From Octopus bimaculoides (Eukaryota): DNA of 64,000 nt. The notes below the pieces were generated by a model. The model did not search any database and had not been told where the DNA came from. It worked only from the letters and a program-made list of their open reading frames with translations. The position numbers were made by a program, and so were the translations under genes. Shown piece by piece: positions 35,681-49,535 of this stretch (position 1 is the first letter of the stretch; every line of letters starts with the position of its first letter). Location: the NCBI RefSeq assembly GCF_001194135.2, contig NC_068998.1, positions 36,563,289 through 36,627,288 on the forward strand, given 5' to 3'.

Positions 35681-36199
35681 TCAATGACTTTAATATTAAG
35701 ATTACACTATCGGAGATACTTTTTCAAATTATTAACTATTTCACTTTTGGACAAGGTACCGACACACATGCTATCAAGTCTATTGCTCTCATATCGTGTA
35801 CTGTCGTTCGCTAATTTATTCATTTCTCGAATGTCTATATTTCAGAATTTGTTACATTATAGAAGATATATTCAGTTTGCATCATTATAAAGAATATTTT
35901 AGAAACCTTTTAATGGTTCTTTTGTACACTCTGACCCTTTCTTTTTGTGTATAATCAGAAAACTACAGCCGGAAGTTAAAGTAATGAATATACATCCTCT
36001 CTTCGTGAATTTGGCGCTGTTGAGACACGTTTCTCATTTCTATTTCGAGGTTTTGCCATTAGTATGTTCAATTTAGTTATTTCCTATATATCAAAGTCTT
36101 TCGTGAGCAATTATGGGTTCACTATAGGTTTTCGGTAACGTGAGTAGAGTATACATGATTTGGGCGTTCTGTTTAAGGTTATGGTCTCAATCCATAATT

Positions 36200-38183
36200 C
36201 GGTTTCCAATATGGGTAATCTTCTATGGAAGTGTGTAGAAGGGGAGGTACCTTTTACTTTTATTCTATAGTGTGTAGAATTTATGTGCTATACAATATAT
36301 ATTGTGTGTGTTTCCGTTTTCATATCTTTCCGACCTTCAGAATCATTTTAATGGCGAGGTTAATGTTGCAAAAATCTCGAGAGTACACTGTTATAGTAAT
36401 ATTAAAAGTATCTAATGTTTGTTATATTTGTTTATCCAACCACACAATCAAATATTTGACTTCGTTTCCACCTATTCCATTTGCGATAGTACTGTCTTTC
36501 ATCTCCTTTGAAAGTGCGTTACTGAATTTAAATGTATATTCGCTTAGTTTTTTTTTTTTTTTTTTTTAACGTAGCTTTAAGCCTGGCGCCGATTGCATAA
36601 GTAATCGTGATTCTGATGTTGCTGTTATCTCAAGGGAGCTGGGTTGGTTTCTGTGTGGATGTGTTCCTAATGCTTGTCTCGGCTGAATGGGAGAGATAGT
36701 GTGTTTTAGGATGTTGTAGTGGTGTTCTGGGGCGTTTTATATATCTAGTTTTTTTTAACGTAGGTGTTTTGCATGTGTTGTGATTTTATCTTGCCCTGAA
36801 GCTTTTAAGTTTTAAGAGTTCCCTATTGGCTTGTGGTGTGTCTGATGACAAGTAAAAATTATGGTCTTGGTTGAAGTTGCATATTTTTTAAATTTTGTAT
36901 TTTCTTTGACTTCTTTGCGTTGGTTCTTGGTGGCTGATTTTCGAGAAATACTTGATAACGGCATTTGTTGGTGTAGTGAGGATTGGGTGTGATGTCATAG
37001 GTGTCGCTGCTAACAGAGCTAAATAGTGTTTTGCTGTTGTTTTAGCAATTTATATTGGAATGGTTAACGCTTTTTTGTTTTTCTAATGATTATTTTTTAT
37101 GTATTTCCCCATTTATAAGGAGTTATATTTCGGTGGTGGGGGCTTTTGCTTACTGTGTTTGAGCTTGTCTTTAGTTAATATTATGTTAACAATTCTTGGT
37201 GTATAATTGGGGCTGTATTCTTTATATTACATTATTGAAAATGTTTTTAGATGGGTCGATACTTATTTTGTTTACTTTAGATATTAAAGTGTCTATGTTG
37301 TCATTGATTATATGCTACTGAAATCAGAAAATCTTAATTCTATTCCTCGGTAAATAAAATCATTCTACTTTGCTTTTGTTTGAGGTTTATGGAAGTGTTA
37401 TTGCTTTTGCATATTTTCATTAATATGAGTGTGTTGTGATGATAATTGGCAGGTAATCTGAGGACATTGGGAGATTTTTTTGCTAGATGGTTATAGCAGC
37501 TAGTTGAGTGGAAAGATGGAATCTGGAGGGAGTTGTTACAGTTGGATAGGTGTTGTGTGTGTGAGAGAGAGAGAAAAACTGAGGAGGGAGAAAGAGAGAG
37601 AGATAGCGAGATAATGAACATTATTTCGGATGAAAAGGGTGTCCAGATGCCCTAAATCTCATGCTTTATTTTATAGAATTTGTAAGATGCCATTGGAATT
37701 TCCCCCAACAATGGTGTTGTGAAGGTTTTCAAGTTTTGAAGTTGAGATATACAAACTGAGGATTTGGAGAGGATGATGTATGGGAGTATATATATAAATG
37801 AATAACAAAGAGGTATTGCCTACTGCTGGTCTTTCTTTGTTTGGCTTGAATGTATGCATTTCTGGAGTGGCGTCATAACCTATTAGTTTGCAAATGTCTC
37901 TCGCGATATCTGTAGATTGAAGGCAAGATTTTATGTAAGTATAAGATCACAACCTTTTTCGGAAAAGATTTGGTCTTGTGAGTATAATTTGGAGTGGAGT
38001 GTGTTTTGTTATGTTATTTTAGAAAATGTTTTTAACGTATTACTACGAACTATTTCTTTTAATTCCATAAAAGTGTTTTTAATACCGTTTGTATCATAGA
38101 AAGTTTTGGATACTTAGTATCGTGTTTACTAATTCTAATTCTAAGTTAGTTGTATGTCAGAAAGAAAGAAATGGAGATAAATT

Positions 38184-38222
<39 letters not shown>

Positions 38223-38500
38223 AGATAAAGAGAGAAAATGAGAAAGTTGGGTGAGTGAAGTACGTTTTAATATAAATTCTGTGGGATCCAATATGTAATT
38301 TTCCCGAGAGCAGACCTTCCAGGAACGACTAAGCGTGTGTGGAACATAGGGGGTGGATAAATCATGACTATGGCGAGGAGATGAGAGAGTGAGTGATGAG
38401 TGCCTGCTATTTGATGTTGTTCTCAAGTTGTTGATGATGTTGCTAACTAATCTATATACTGTTTTCTGGTTTGCTTTATGTTTTCACTGGAAACAAATGT
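36200..38500 (-). mobile_element. Long, heavily degenerate PLE (RT region)
   Basis: G/T-rich + strand (A/C-rich minus strand); HTFKPNKERPAVGNTSLL..IY resembles the 'Y.Q..G..MG.P.S...ANIY' RT motif. No intact ORF. Confidence 0.4.
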
Positions 38501-38779
38501 TTGTCAGTTTCTTTCTTATAGCTTATTTTGTTTCATAGGGTTAGGGTTAGGGTTATTAAATCATTTGATGTTGACTTTTATTTCTGTTGTGTAGGGTGTT
38601 GGTGCGTTGTGCTTGAGATTAACCTTAGTTTAATTTTATTTGGTTGACAAAATTCTGTTGTATAATTGTATTTTTCATGTTGCTTCGTGGGATATGTCTT
38701 GGTGGTAAAATTATCTTCTTATGCATTTTTATCAACATCGTCATACTTGTGTTTATCATCCTTATTTACTAGTTTACTG

Positions 38780-39850
38780 CAGTAACCTTAAAAATAGGTA
38801 ATGTTTTCGTCCTTTTTGCACACATTTAGCGTTTAAGGTCTGACTGGGTTTTACCTAACTTCGTTTTGTCAAATTCGTCCTCATGCATCGTTTCTAACGG
38901 TAGTAGTTCAGTGTTTCGTTTCAAATTTCCATGTTTCAGCCGCTTCCAACATTCTCCGTTTGTTGTATCAATAAGCAATGTAGTTCTTTTTTCTTTCAAT
39001 TATTTGTCCCGGCGTTCTTTCAATTCTTGAAGTGTCTCACTGTTTCAATAACTTCTTTGATATTTCTAGCTGCAGGTAATAAATTTAACTAACTCTGCAC
39101 AGCATGTTTTCTAGCCCACACTCACAATATTGATGGTGTCTTCTGCACTTAACAAACCCCTGCTTCATTCTTTTTGTGGTAAATAGAAAAGTCTATTGAT
39201 ATTTCATTTAACGTAGTTTTATACATTATGAGCAACTTTGTAGGTCTTCTAACTAATTACTCTAGCTCTTTCTTTGTTCACTTTAAAAAGGGAGTAGAAT
39301 GTATCAACACTGACGCGATCCACGTACTGATTGCCTTGATAAAATTATCTTCCGTTTATTTTCTTGCAAGTATCTTCCCAGTCATTCTCTTGCACTCTTT
39401 GGAGACTGTCATTCTGACTTTCCTATCTAATTCGTTATCCTTGTATCCTTTCATTTCAATTACCTAGGGACATCGTCTAGAGGCGTCTTTATCTCATCAG
39501 ATTTAATACTTCGATCACTTTTCATAGTTAACGTTGCAAATTTATTCACTGCATTCCCTTTCTGAGTATTCTTCAAGGTTTAACACCAGAATGCAAGTCC
39601 GTTTCACTTTTGATGTGCAATTTTAGGCCATCTATACATAGCAAATGATAAACTTTCTTCCTGTTCGTGGAAGTTTCATAAACAGGATTTTTTCAGTATG
39701 CCTGTCAAAGAAATCAACAGAGTGGCAAAAACTATTGGAAAGTGCGTCTCCTTGAACTACTTGCATCCGGATTTTTACATTTCGTTATGTTTAATTTCTC
39801 TCCCCACGATCATGTTTTTTTTTGTTTGTTCTTTTTTTCCTAAAACTATC
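38780..39850 (-). mobile_element. Second R4/Dong-like LINE fragment
   Basis: Minus strand: DNFIKAISTW..SVLIHSTPFLK*TKKELE*L.RRPTKLLIMYK...RLF.L.QK.GSRGLLSAEDTINI, the RT thumb region of R4-clade elements. Confidence 0.75.
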
Positions 39851-39999
39851 TATTTTCTCACGAACCTTTTCTTCCTTGAAAATTCTCGTAAATAATCAGC
39901 TCCATTGTTACTTCGATTATGCTTCGCTTCAAATATGTGACCAAAAGTTCCTTGCTGCTTCAGCATATAGTATATCATTCATCTTATCATTTATTTTGT

Positions 40000-40600
40000 A
40001 CTGGTTTCAGTCACCGGAGTGCAGCTGTGCGGAATCACTGACTTGAAAGATTTTAGTAGAACAAACAGACCTCGGTACTTACTCTTTGGTTTCTTTGGCG
40101 AAGCGCTGGATAACAAGGATGTAAACAAACCGACACCGGTTGTTAAGTGGTGAGTCGGGACAAACACAAAGACACACGTAGAGACCAAATTCACTCTCAA
40201 GCCAATTCTACTATATGTATAAGGCCTGAAATTTAGGTGTGCTGTTGTTCGATTTCTTTGACCCCAGTGTTCAGCTGCTACTTATTTTATCGATTCTGAA
40301 ATTCTGAAAATCAAAGTCGATCTCGGCGGAGTTTGAAATCAGATCGTAAGGCCGGAAGAAATAACGCTAAGCATTTTGCCCAGCGTTCTATCCATTCTAC
40401 TGTAGGCAGTAGTTCAAGGGAGCTAGTTGATTTCATTGACCCCACTTCCGGATCTCAACTGGTTCTTATTTTATCGACCCCGAAATGATGATAAACAAAG
40501 TCGGTGGAACTTGAACTGAGACCGTAAAGACGAGTGGAATACCACAAAGCATTATGCCCGGCATGCTAACTATCCTGCCAGCAGCTGGCCGCCTGTGGAT
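40000..40600 (-). mobile_element. Cluster of one SINE family 2 fragment and two SINE family 3 copies
   Basis: Recurrent diagnostic blocks at 40000-40195, 40220-40400 and 40420-40600. Confidence 0.7.
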
Positions 40601-41329
40601 TTGCAGAATCGCCAGGAGTTGGAAAATAGCAGGTGGAATTTACTCCAGCAAACTTATGTTCTGAACAACCTGAGGTCAAATGTTTCCTTTCACCTTTCTG
40701 GAATCGATACCCTAACCAGTCAATTACTGGTGTCGACAGAATCGATTAACTCTCTCTCTCTCTCTCTCCCACATTTCAGGCCTTGTGTCTATGTCAGAAA
40801 TAATTATTGTTTTTGATGTGAAAATGTGGTCTCTATTTTTACGTACATACATACATACATAAATTCATACATACATACATACATACATACATACATGCAT
40901 ACATACATACATATACATACATACATACATGCATACATACATACATACATATACATGCATACATACATGCATTTATGCATACATACGCACACACATACAT
41001 GCATATACGCATAAATATATATGAACATATATATATATATATAAATATATTTGTATCTGTGTGGGTGTGTACGAAACGTGATCCAGATATTTGCTGGAGT
41101 CTATTTCATTAATTTCCATTTACAAAACTGGATTCCTGTTTCATTAAAACAAATAATCTTTGTAGTTTTTATTATAATTATCACTGAATCCATTAAATCT
41201 TTTTGCATACAATTCATTTTCTCATCAAGACATCAATCCACCCGGCCATCCTTCGGACCAACCATCAATCCAATCAACCACCCATTTACCCATCCACTCA
41301 TCAATCCTTCTGTCTACCTGCTAACTTGT

Positions 41330-41790
41330 CCATCCATCCATCCATCCATCCATCCATCCATCCATCCACCCATCCATCCATCCATCCATTCATCCACCCA
41401 TCCATCCATTCATCCACCCATCCATCCACCCATCCATCCATCCATCCATCCACCCATCTATCCATTCATCCACCCATCCATCCACCCATCCATCCATCCA
41501 TCCATTCATCCACCCACCCATCCATTCATCCACCCATCCATCCACCCATCCATCCATCCATCCACCCATTAATCCACCCAGCCTCCCATCCATCCACCCA
41601 TCCATCCATCCATCCATCCATCCATCCACCCATCTATCCACCCATCCACCCATCCATCCGTCCACCCATCCACCCATCCATCCATTCCTTCATCTTCAGT
41701 CCACCATCCATCAATCTACCCGTCCATCCACCCATCCATCACCCTTCTATCCATAAATCCATCCATCCATCCAGCCAGCCAGCCATTCAT
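41330..41790. repeat. Long degenerate (CCAT)n microsatellite
   Basis: Directly visible; explains the poly-HPSI ORFs. Confidence 0.95.
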
Positions 41791-42284
41791 TCTCGCCTCT
41801 GCCCTTTCATCCATCAATCCACTTGTCCTCCCATCCATTGTTCTACCCATTCATCATCTATCCACCCCTATGTTCATCCATCTCTCCGCTTTTCCATCCT
41901 TCAATCCATCCTTCCACCCCTCCATGCACACTTCCAGAATCCTACCACCCTTTTATCTATCAACATATTCACCCATCCACCCGTTCTTTTCATTCTTCCA
42001 TTCATTTATTCTATTATTCAACACTTCCCTTCTCTCCCACATTTCCTCACTCTCTCTCTCTCAAGCCAAACATCCACAAATCCGTCAGCCCACGCATAAT
42101 ATATTTCATCCATATTCCCCAAACCCTTTATCATTCCATATATCTATTGATCGATCCATCCATCCACCCATCCACCCATCCGTCCATCCATCCATCCATC
42201 CATCCATCTTTCATCCAGCCATTCAACTTTCCAATATACATTCGTTTATCTATGCATATATTCATCGATCAAGTAATCTGCCCT

Positions 42285-42334
<50 letters not shown>

Positions 42335-42571
42335 GATCTATCTATCTATCTATCTATCTGTCTGTCTGTCTGTCTGTTTGTCTATCTATCCATCCGTACA
42401 TGGATGCATGTATACATACATACAATCTCACACACATACATACAATCATACATACATACATGTAAACATACATAATATCAGCCGATTTATCTAGCTATTT
42501 ATTAGTTGAATAGTAACTGCATACCACGTTGAACACTTCCCAGCACCATAAATAAATACTTTATCAAAATA

Positions 42572-42814
42572 TCACAAACAAACAGATTCCACAGCACTAT
42601 TGTGCATCTTCTTTAATAGAGAAATCTCTCCATTAAAAGCAAAAATATGTCCAAAAAGCATCGTGTATTGTGTCAACAGTGAAGGAGCTAAAACCTCGAG
42701 CAGTTTAGCTTCATAGGCGTCACAAAGCATCCATTTTAAACCTAACGCTATTTTCACAAATCGTTCCGTCATTGCTCCATAGAACACAGTATTGTGCTCG
42801 CACGTTTCATATGT
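42572..42814 (-). other. Candidate terminal coding exon (81 codons), product unknown
   Basis: Strong polypyrimidine acceptor ttttattttcttcacttctcgtgtcag| followed by an open phase-0 frame TYETCEHNTVFYGAMTERFVKIALG...ESVCL*. No recognisable domain. Confidence 0.2.
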
Positions 42815-43329
42815 CTGACACGAGAAGTGAAGAAAATAAAATGTAAATACCAAATGGTTATTTTAGTCTTAATTTGTACATTTATTCACAATAGTGGAGA
42901 GCTGATCGTTCGTTCTCTCATAGTAAACAAGTAATCGATGCTCAATTTCACTCTATCGTGAGCCAAGCCAACGAGGGGCCGTCTGTACGTGATCACCCGA
43001 CTAGCTAGTGATAATAGCCAAATCTTCCTACAACCACGTTACCGTCTTAAAGGAAGCGACGAATAAGATAATGTAACTTTGCTTGCCCACAAAATGGCGC
43101 TATGGTCACGTCTGGAACAGTGGCGTATCTAGAATGAGTGCGGCTCAATGCAGTACTTCAGTTTGCCGATCCCCGCGTCTCCAACCCTATTTAGGATTAC
43201 ACAGCAGATTCAAAAATGCTGCCTCTATAACAGCGTCGCCCGGAGTGGACCACATCGAACGCTCTGCTCATAGCTATGCTGCTGAGATGGAACTCATCTG
43301 GTCATAGGGTTCGTCACACGTGACTGACG

Positions 43330-43480
43330 CAGTACCTCTTGCGTCTCGAAAAATACCTTCCCTGCAGTGTAATGACTTTGGCCTTCTTTGGAACAGGTGA
43401 GGACGGTTGTTTTCACTGCGTGGATTGTCTCTGGCTCAAAGCGATGAGCCCAACACCCATCTAGAGTTAGGAAACTTTTC
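43330..43480 (-). mobile_element. Inverted mariner fragment (first catalytic-D region)
   Basis: FLTLDGCWAHRFEPET...SKEGQSHYTAGKVF; diverged homologue of 43740-43900. Confidence 0.75.
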
Positions 43481-44375
43481 TGAACATCCTGCAACTGTCA
43501 CAACCGAGGAAAACATTGACAGTGTTCACTACATGATGATGGATAACATGCTATAAATCAAATAGCCAATGTTATTAACATATCTAGTGAGAGTTGAGAA
43601 TATTCTGCACAATGGCATGACGAAGGTCTCTGTTCGGTGGCTGTCACGTTTTCTGACACCTGATTAAAAGCGCACATGGCTGATCACATCACGGGAAAAT
43701 CTAACATTGTTTGAGGCAGATCCAGCTGGTTTCCTTGGATGTTTCCTAAGATAGGATGAGTGTTGGGTTCATCGCTTTGAGTCAGAGACAAACAAACAAT
43801 ACATGCTGTGGAAGCACCTCTCTTCACCCTGCTCCAAAGAAGGCCAAGCTGGTTTCATCTGCAAGGAAGGTGATGGCCCTCAGTTTTTGGGGATGCAAAA
43901 AGTTTTCTATTTATTATTTGCAAAAGGGCTACTACATCAATAGAGAATATAATGCCAACTTGCTGAGGAAAATACAATTGGCTATCAAGACCAAATGCCC
44001 AGGTAAACTGGCGAAAGGGGTCTAGTTTCAACAGGACAATACTCCAACATAAAATGCTTCGTTTCAATGGCTGCTGTGTGCGACTGTAGCTTTAAACTGT
44101 AGCTTTGTGATTTGACTCCATCTGACAATCATCAGTTTCCCAATATGAAAAGATACTTGGCTGGAAACCAGTATCGCAGTGATGATGACGTCATATTTGC
44201 TGATACTGATGAAGTTTTTGCCCAACAAAATGAAAACGTCTTCAACACCTGGCTCCAACACCGATAAAAGAAGTGTGTAGACTTCAAGGGCGACTATGTC
44301 GAAAATAAGACTCATTTGGTCATATTCCATGAGAGTATCTTCGTCAGCCTATGCACTATTCAGCCGACCCTTGAG
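43480..44375 (+). mobile_element. Degenerate DD34D mariner transposase, most of the ORF and 3' end
   Basis: HPATVTTEENID; KVSVRWLSRFLTPD; DECWVHRFESET; APKKAKLVSSARKVMA; YLQKGYYINREYNANLL; FQQDNTP; DLTPSD..FPNMK..LAGNQYRSDDDV; KKCVDFKGDYVENKTH. Confidence 0.9.
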
Positions 44376-44412
44376 TGTGGGGGGAGGTGCACATGCGTCT
44401 GTGTGTATACAT

Positions 44413-45623
44413 ACAGAGTGCCCCCAAAATATATACGCACAATCACGCTTGACAACGTGCTTTCATTTTTTTTTAGATTTATCACATGAGAGATAGTGAA
44501 GGAAGTCAGGCTAAGCTATAAACAAAGAGAATTTTCTTTTAAGTGCTAATGGAAGTTTGAAGACGCCGTTGAAGTGCGAAGATATTTTAGGAGGGAGATT
44601 CAAAAACATCCACCTACGCAACGTCCTATCATTCGAAGTAGAGATAAGTCTGAAGCGGATAGAACCGTTCAGAATGTCCACAAATAATTTCTTGAAGACA
44701 GCGGACATCGATGATCCCAACAAAGAAAGTAAAGACGTTAGAAATGAATGACCTGAGTTCCAGAAATATATGTGGAACTCACGAAAAACGCATTTCAAAA
44801 ATCAAGCGCTGACGGCATTTTGAAGCACTCTCATTGGATGAGTTACATGCCAAGAATAGTTTATGCTCTCAATGAAGAGGATTCAAGCCAAAGTGCAGAG
44901 ATTTACGAGTGGTGTAATACTTGGCAAGATGTGTAGAAGGTACACGCTTTTCAATAAAAATTGTTTGGGGTGATGCGGTTACTTTTCAATTAAAAGTTCG
45001 ATCAACCACCACAGTTACACCTACTGGGGACCTAGGAATCGGTATACCACAGAAGAACATCGTGTTCATTTACCAAGAGCGACAGTATGATGAGGTTTAT
45101 TATCAAGGGAATTAATTAGAACTATTATTTTGACAGTATTGTGGCTGATCCCCATTTATTTGAACTTGTGTCAATCTGTCATGCCATGCATTCAGTTGTG
45201 AAGTTCTATTTCCGGCAAGATGGGATACCCACAAGCTAGCATAACAATACAAGGATCTATCTTGATAAACTTTTGCCAAACAGATGCATGGGACGAAGTG
45301 GTTTAGTAGAAGACCCTTTGCGTTCACTGACCCTCATAATCCTAAAACATTTTAAGGAGATACTTAAAAGATAAATCCTTACAGTATAAAACCGGTGACC
45401 GTCGACGAATTCAGGGTAGCCATCTCATGAGAATGTGTATGATTACCGAATGAACTGCTTCTCGATTTTTGAAATTCCGTTGCTATGCGTTATCAGCAGC
45501 GAGTGTCCTGGAGGGTCATGAGTTTGAATTTCTGTAGATTCCCTTAAATTCTGAAAAAGAAATCTATTATAAAAAACACTGACATTATAACCATTCAATG
45601 CGTGTAAATTTTAGAAACGCCAG

Positions 45624-45628
<5 letters not shown>
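44413..45628 (+). mobile_element. Near full-length degenerate Tc1/mariner-superfamily element (DUF4817-type HTH)
   Basis: RLSYKQREF.L...WKFEDAVEVRRYFRREIQKHPPTQ.....DKSEADRTVQNVHK; FYFRQDG.P; MGRSG.VE.P.RS..L; GDTLKDK...KPVTVDEFR; weakly similar termini flanked by TA. Confidence 0.8.
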
Positions 45629-45655
<27 letters not shown>

Positions 45656-45669
45656 TGTATGCATGCACG

Positions 45670-45704
<35 letters not shown>

Positions 45705-45710
<6 letters not shown>

Positions 45711-45875
45711 CCGATGCTGGTGTGTTTACGTCCCCGTCACTTAGCGGTTCGATAAGACAGACCGATAAAATAAGTACTAGGCTTACAAAGAATAAGTCCT
45801 GGGGTCGATTTGCTCGACTAAAGGCGGTGCTCCAGCATCGCCGCAGTCAAATGACTGAAACCAATAAAAGAAAAA
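45705..45875 (+). mobile_element. SINE family 2, 3' half
   Basis: accgatgctggtgtgtttacgtccccg..acttagcggttcg...aaggcggtgctccagcat..ccgcagtcaaatgactgaaac. Confidence 0.85.
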
Positions 45876-45947
45876 GAAAAAGAAAGAATAAAAGAATGTG
45901 TGTGTGTATATAAGTATGTATATGTATGTATATATACATATACATAC

Positions 45948-45984
<37 letters not shown>

Positions 45985-46149
45985 ATATAATATAATATAA
46001 ATAATATATAAATATATGCATATATCCATGCATATATGTACATACCTACATATATATGTATATATACATGCATATATGGGTACAGGACATCACAAAAACG
46101 TTGAACACAATATAGAAACGAAACATTAAAAACAAAAACATAATATCTG

Positions 46150-46390
46150 TGCGTGTGTGGTTTCAATTCCTGGAACGGGTAGTGCGTCGTATTCTTGAGC
46201 AATACACTTTATCTTACGTTGCTCTGCAATCACTTCCACATCTGACACGTGGTACACTGTGCAACTGTTTAGGAAACGCTTATTTCATGGAGCGACGGAA
46301 CTAATGTTCAGCACAGACTTTCGATCACTATAAGCAAATCATTTGTGCAGGTTTTTCAATAAGAAATTTTAGAACCGTCTTACCGTATTT
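46150..46390 (+). mobile_element. Probable tRNA-derived SINE of another family
   Basis: B-box-like ggtttcaattcc followed by a ttcttgagcaatacactttatc..gttgctc core-like block. Confidence 0.4.
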
Positions 46391-47439
46391 CTCGGGCTAC
46401 TGGCGGACTCCTCTCCAGAATAGTAGCGTTTAATTATGTAATAGAATCATGTATTAGAAGACAAATATTTTTGAATGAACATCAAGTTTTATACACCATT
46501 ACCATTATTTAACGTTCTCTCTTCCCTAATACATATAACGCAACAACCTTTATTTCTGTTTTTTCCCCTCTTTGCACATCGAAGCCGCACTCTTTTCTTT
46601 GTAGTTTTCGTAATGGCTAAATGTGAATATTATGTAATTACTGCATAATCGAACTAAACAGTCTCTCTGTCGCCAATAAAAGGTTGTTATCAACTAGAAG
46701 CTAATTATACTCCACACCTACCGCCAAGATACGCAAGTATGTGTAAGAAAATATGTTTGTACGTATCTATACATATACATATATGATGTTTGTTTTATAT
46801 CCAGTTATAGTTAAAAAGCAATTTTACATTAACCTGATGGATTACTCCATATGTTTGTAGAGCACAAATTTATTATTCTTCAACAAGAATGCTGTTGAGA
46901 GTGACTTCGAAGTATTGGCCAGCTAAACCGTCGTTGTACGACGGTTTCGCTGGCCGAAAACTACGAAATCACTTTTTATAATATTCTTGTTCCAAAATAA
47001 TAAATATATATGCATGTGTGTGTATTGTGTGCGTGCGTGTGTGTGTGTGTGTGTTGTGAGTGTGTGTATGTCTGTACGTGTGTGTGTGTGTGTGTGGGGG
47101 GTACATGTGTGTGAATAAACATATATGAATCCATAACTGTATGAAGGGATCTAAACATGTAGTATTATACTGAATATTAGATGAGTGCAGTGAAAGTTAA
47201 TGGGCGGGTAAAGAATATACGCAAAAGACTTGCGGCGATTTCTTGGAGGTTCTTGGAGAAGAAAGAAGATAATTGCAGGAAGTGTAAAACTGATTAACAC
47301 ACAACTTAATTTTAATGATTCATAGGTTGGTTGAAGGAATATGACCTTTGTCAATGAACAAGTTGATGGCTACGTATATGTTATGCATTATTAGACTTCT
47401 TCCGTGAAGGATCTATCTATCTATCTATCTTATTTCTTT

Positions 47440-47661
47440 TTTGCCCACAAGGGGCTAAACATAGAGGTGACAAACAAGGACAGACAAAGGGATTAAGTTC
47501 ATTACATCGACCCCAGTGCGTAACTGGTACTTAATTTATCGATCCCGAAAAGATGAAAGGCAAAGTCGACCTCGGCGGAATTTGAACTCAGAACGTAACG
47601 GCAGACGAAATACAATAAGCATTTCGCTCGGCGTGCTAACGATTCTGCCAGCTCACCACCT

Positions 47662-47662
<1 letters not shown>
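47440..47662 (-). mobile_element. SINE family 3 copy (well preserved)
   Basis: Minus strand: ggtggtgagctggcagaatcgttagcacgccgagcgaaatgc...gttctgagttcaaattccgccgaggtcgactttgcctttc... Confidence 0.85.
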
Positions 47663-47706
<44 letters not shown>

Positions 47707-48007
47707 GATCTATCTATCTACCCATCTATCTATCGATCTATCTATTTATCTATCTATGTATCTATGTGTATGTATACATATATGCGCCTGTATATTACGT
47801 AAGTATGCATATATTTATGTATAATTATGTTTATATACGTAAGTATGCGTGTGCATGTATGTGTATGTATGTATTAATTTGTGTGCTTAGATGTATGTAC
47901 TATGTATATACGATGAGGGGTAAATTTATTTATTTGTCTGTCTGTGTGTGCATAGATATGTATATAAATGAAAATGTAGACAGGTAAGTTAAATATGTAC
48001 ATACTCT

Positions 48008-48061
<54 letters not shown>

Positions 48062-48724
48062 TATACATCCACACACTCACACTCTCTCTCTTTCTCTGTC
48101 TCCCTCTTTCACACACATAACTTTGTTTTTTCATTCCCCAATCGAATAACCCCTTCCCTTCCCAAACTTCTCAGTTTATCTCTCTCTCTAACAGAACTGT
48201 TCGTTAGATCTCGTGAGAGGTTGAAGAAATTTGGTTCTGCTTCAGAAGAGAAGGATTCCAGCTTGGATAAGACCATAACTAAACTCAATATTTTTGTCTG
48301 ATCTCGGTGGGCAAATTTTTCTCCTTTACATTTCAAGAAGATATACTTACACACACGCACGCACGCACACACATACACATACACATCCACATAAATAATT
48401 ACGTATTTACTTACATATAAAGATATATATATATGTATACAATTATGTATATGTATGTATGTATATGTGTGTGTATATGTGTATGTGTATGTTTTTGTGC
48501 ATAAGCGTTTCTATATGCACGGATTATATGTGTGTATATGTGTGTATGTCTGTGTGTCTGTAATTGTGTGTATGTGCCTTAATAGAAATATGTGTACTTC
48601 CATCTGTTTGTGTGTTGACTGCATCAGTTTATGTCTCCATTAAAAACTTTATAAATTTTGTATTTCTTTCATGTCTCCATCTAAGCATGTATGTATGTAT
48701 GTATGTATGTATGTAAGTATGTAT

Positions 48725-49385
48725 NNNNNNNNNNNNNNNNNNNNNNNNNNNNNNNNNNNNNNNNNNNNNNNNNNNNNNNNNNNNNNNNNNNNNNNNNNNN
48801 NNNNNNNNNNNNNNNNNNNNNNNNNNNNNNNNNNNNNNNNNNNNNNNNNNNNNNNNNNNNNNNNNNNNNNNNNNNNNNNNNNNNNNNNNNNNNNNNNNNN
48901 NNNNNNNNNNNNNNNNNNNNNNNNNNNNNNNNNNNNNNNNNNNNNNNNNNNNNNNNNNNNNNNNNNNNNNNNNNNNNNNNNNNNNNNNNNNNNNNNNNNN
49001 NNNNNNNNNNNNNNNNNNNNNNNNNNNNNNNNNNNNNNNNNNNNNNNNNNNNNNNNNNNNNNNNNNNNNNNNNNNNNNNNNNNNNNNNNNNNNNNNNNNN
49101 NNNNNNNNNNNNNNNNNNNNNNNNNNNNNNNNNNNNNNNNNNNNNNNNNNNNNNNNNNNNNNNNNNNNNNNNNNNNNNNNNNNNNNNNNNNNNNNNNNNN
49201 NNNNNNNNNNNNNNNNNNNNNNNNNNNNNNNNNNNNNNNNNNNNNNNNNNNNNNNNNNNNNNNNNNNNNNNNNNNNNNNNNNNNNNNNNNNNNNNNNNNN
49301 NNNNNNNNNNNNNNNNNNNNNNNNNNNNNNNNNNNNNNNNNNNNNNNNNNNNNNNNNNNNNNNNNNNNNNNNNNNNNNNNNNNNA
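48725..49385. other. Assembly gap (others at ~1431-1500, 17817-17935, 23114-23330, 54301-55255, 56660-56873, 62964-63529)
   Basis: N runs, nearly all flanked by (TA)n or (TATG)n. Confidence 0.98.
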
Positions 49386-49459
49386 TATATATATATATGT
49401 ATATATACATATATGTATATATATATATATATATTATTTATATAGCAAGACAGAGAAAC

Positions 49460-49535
<76 letters not shown>

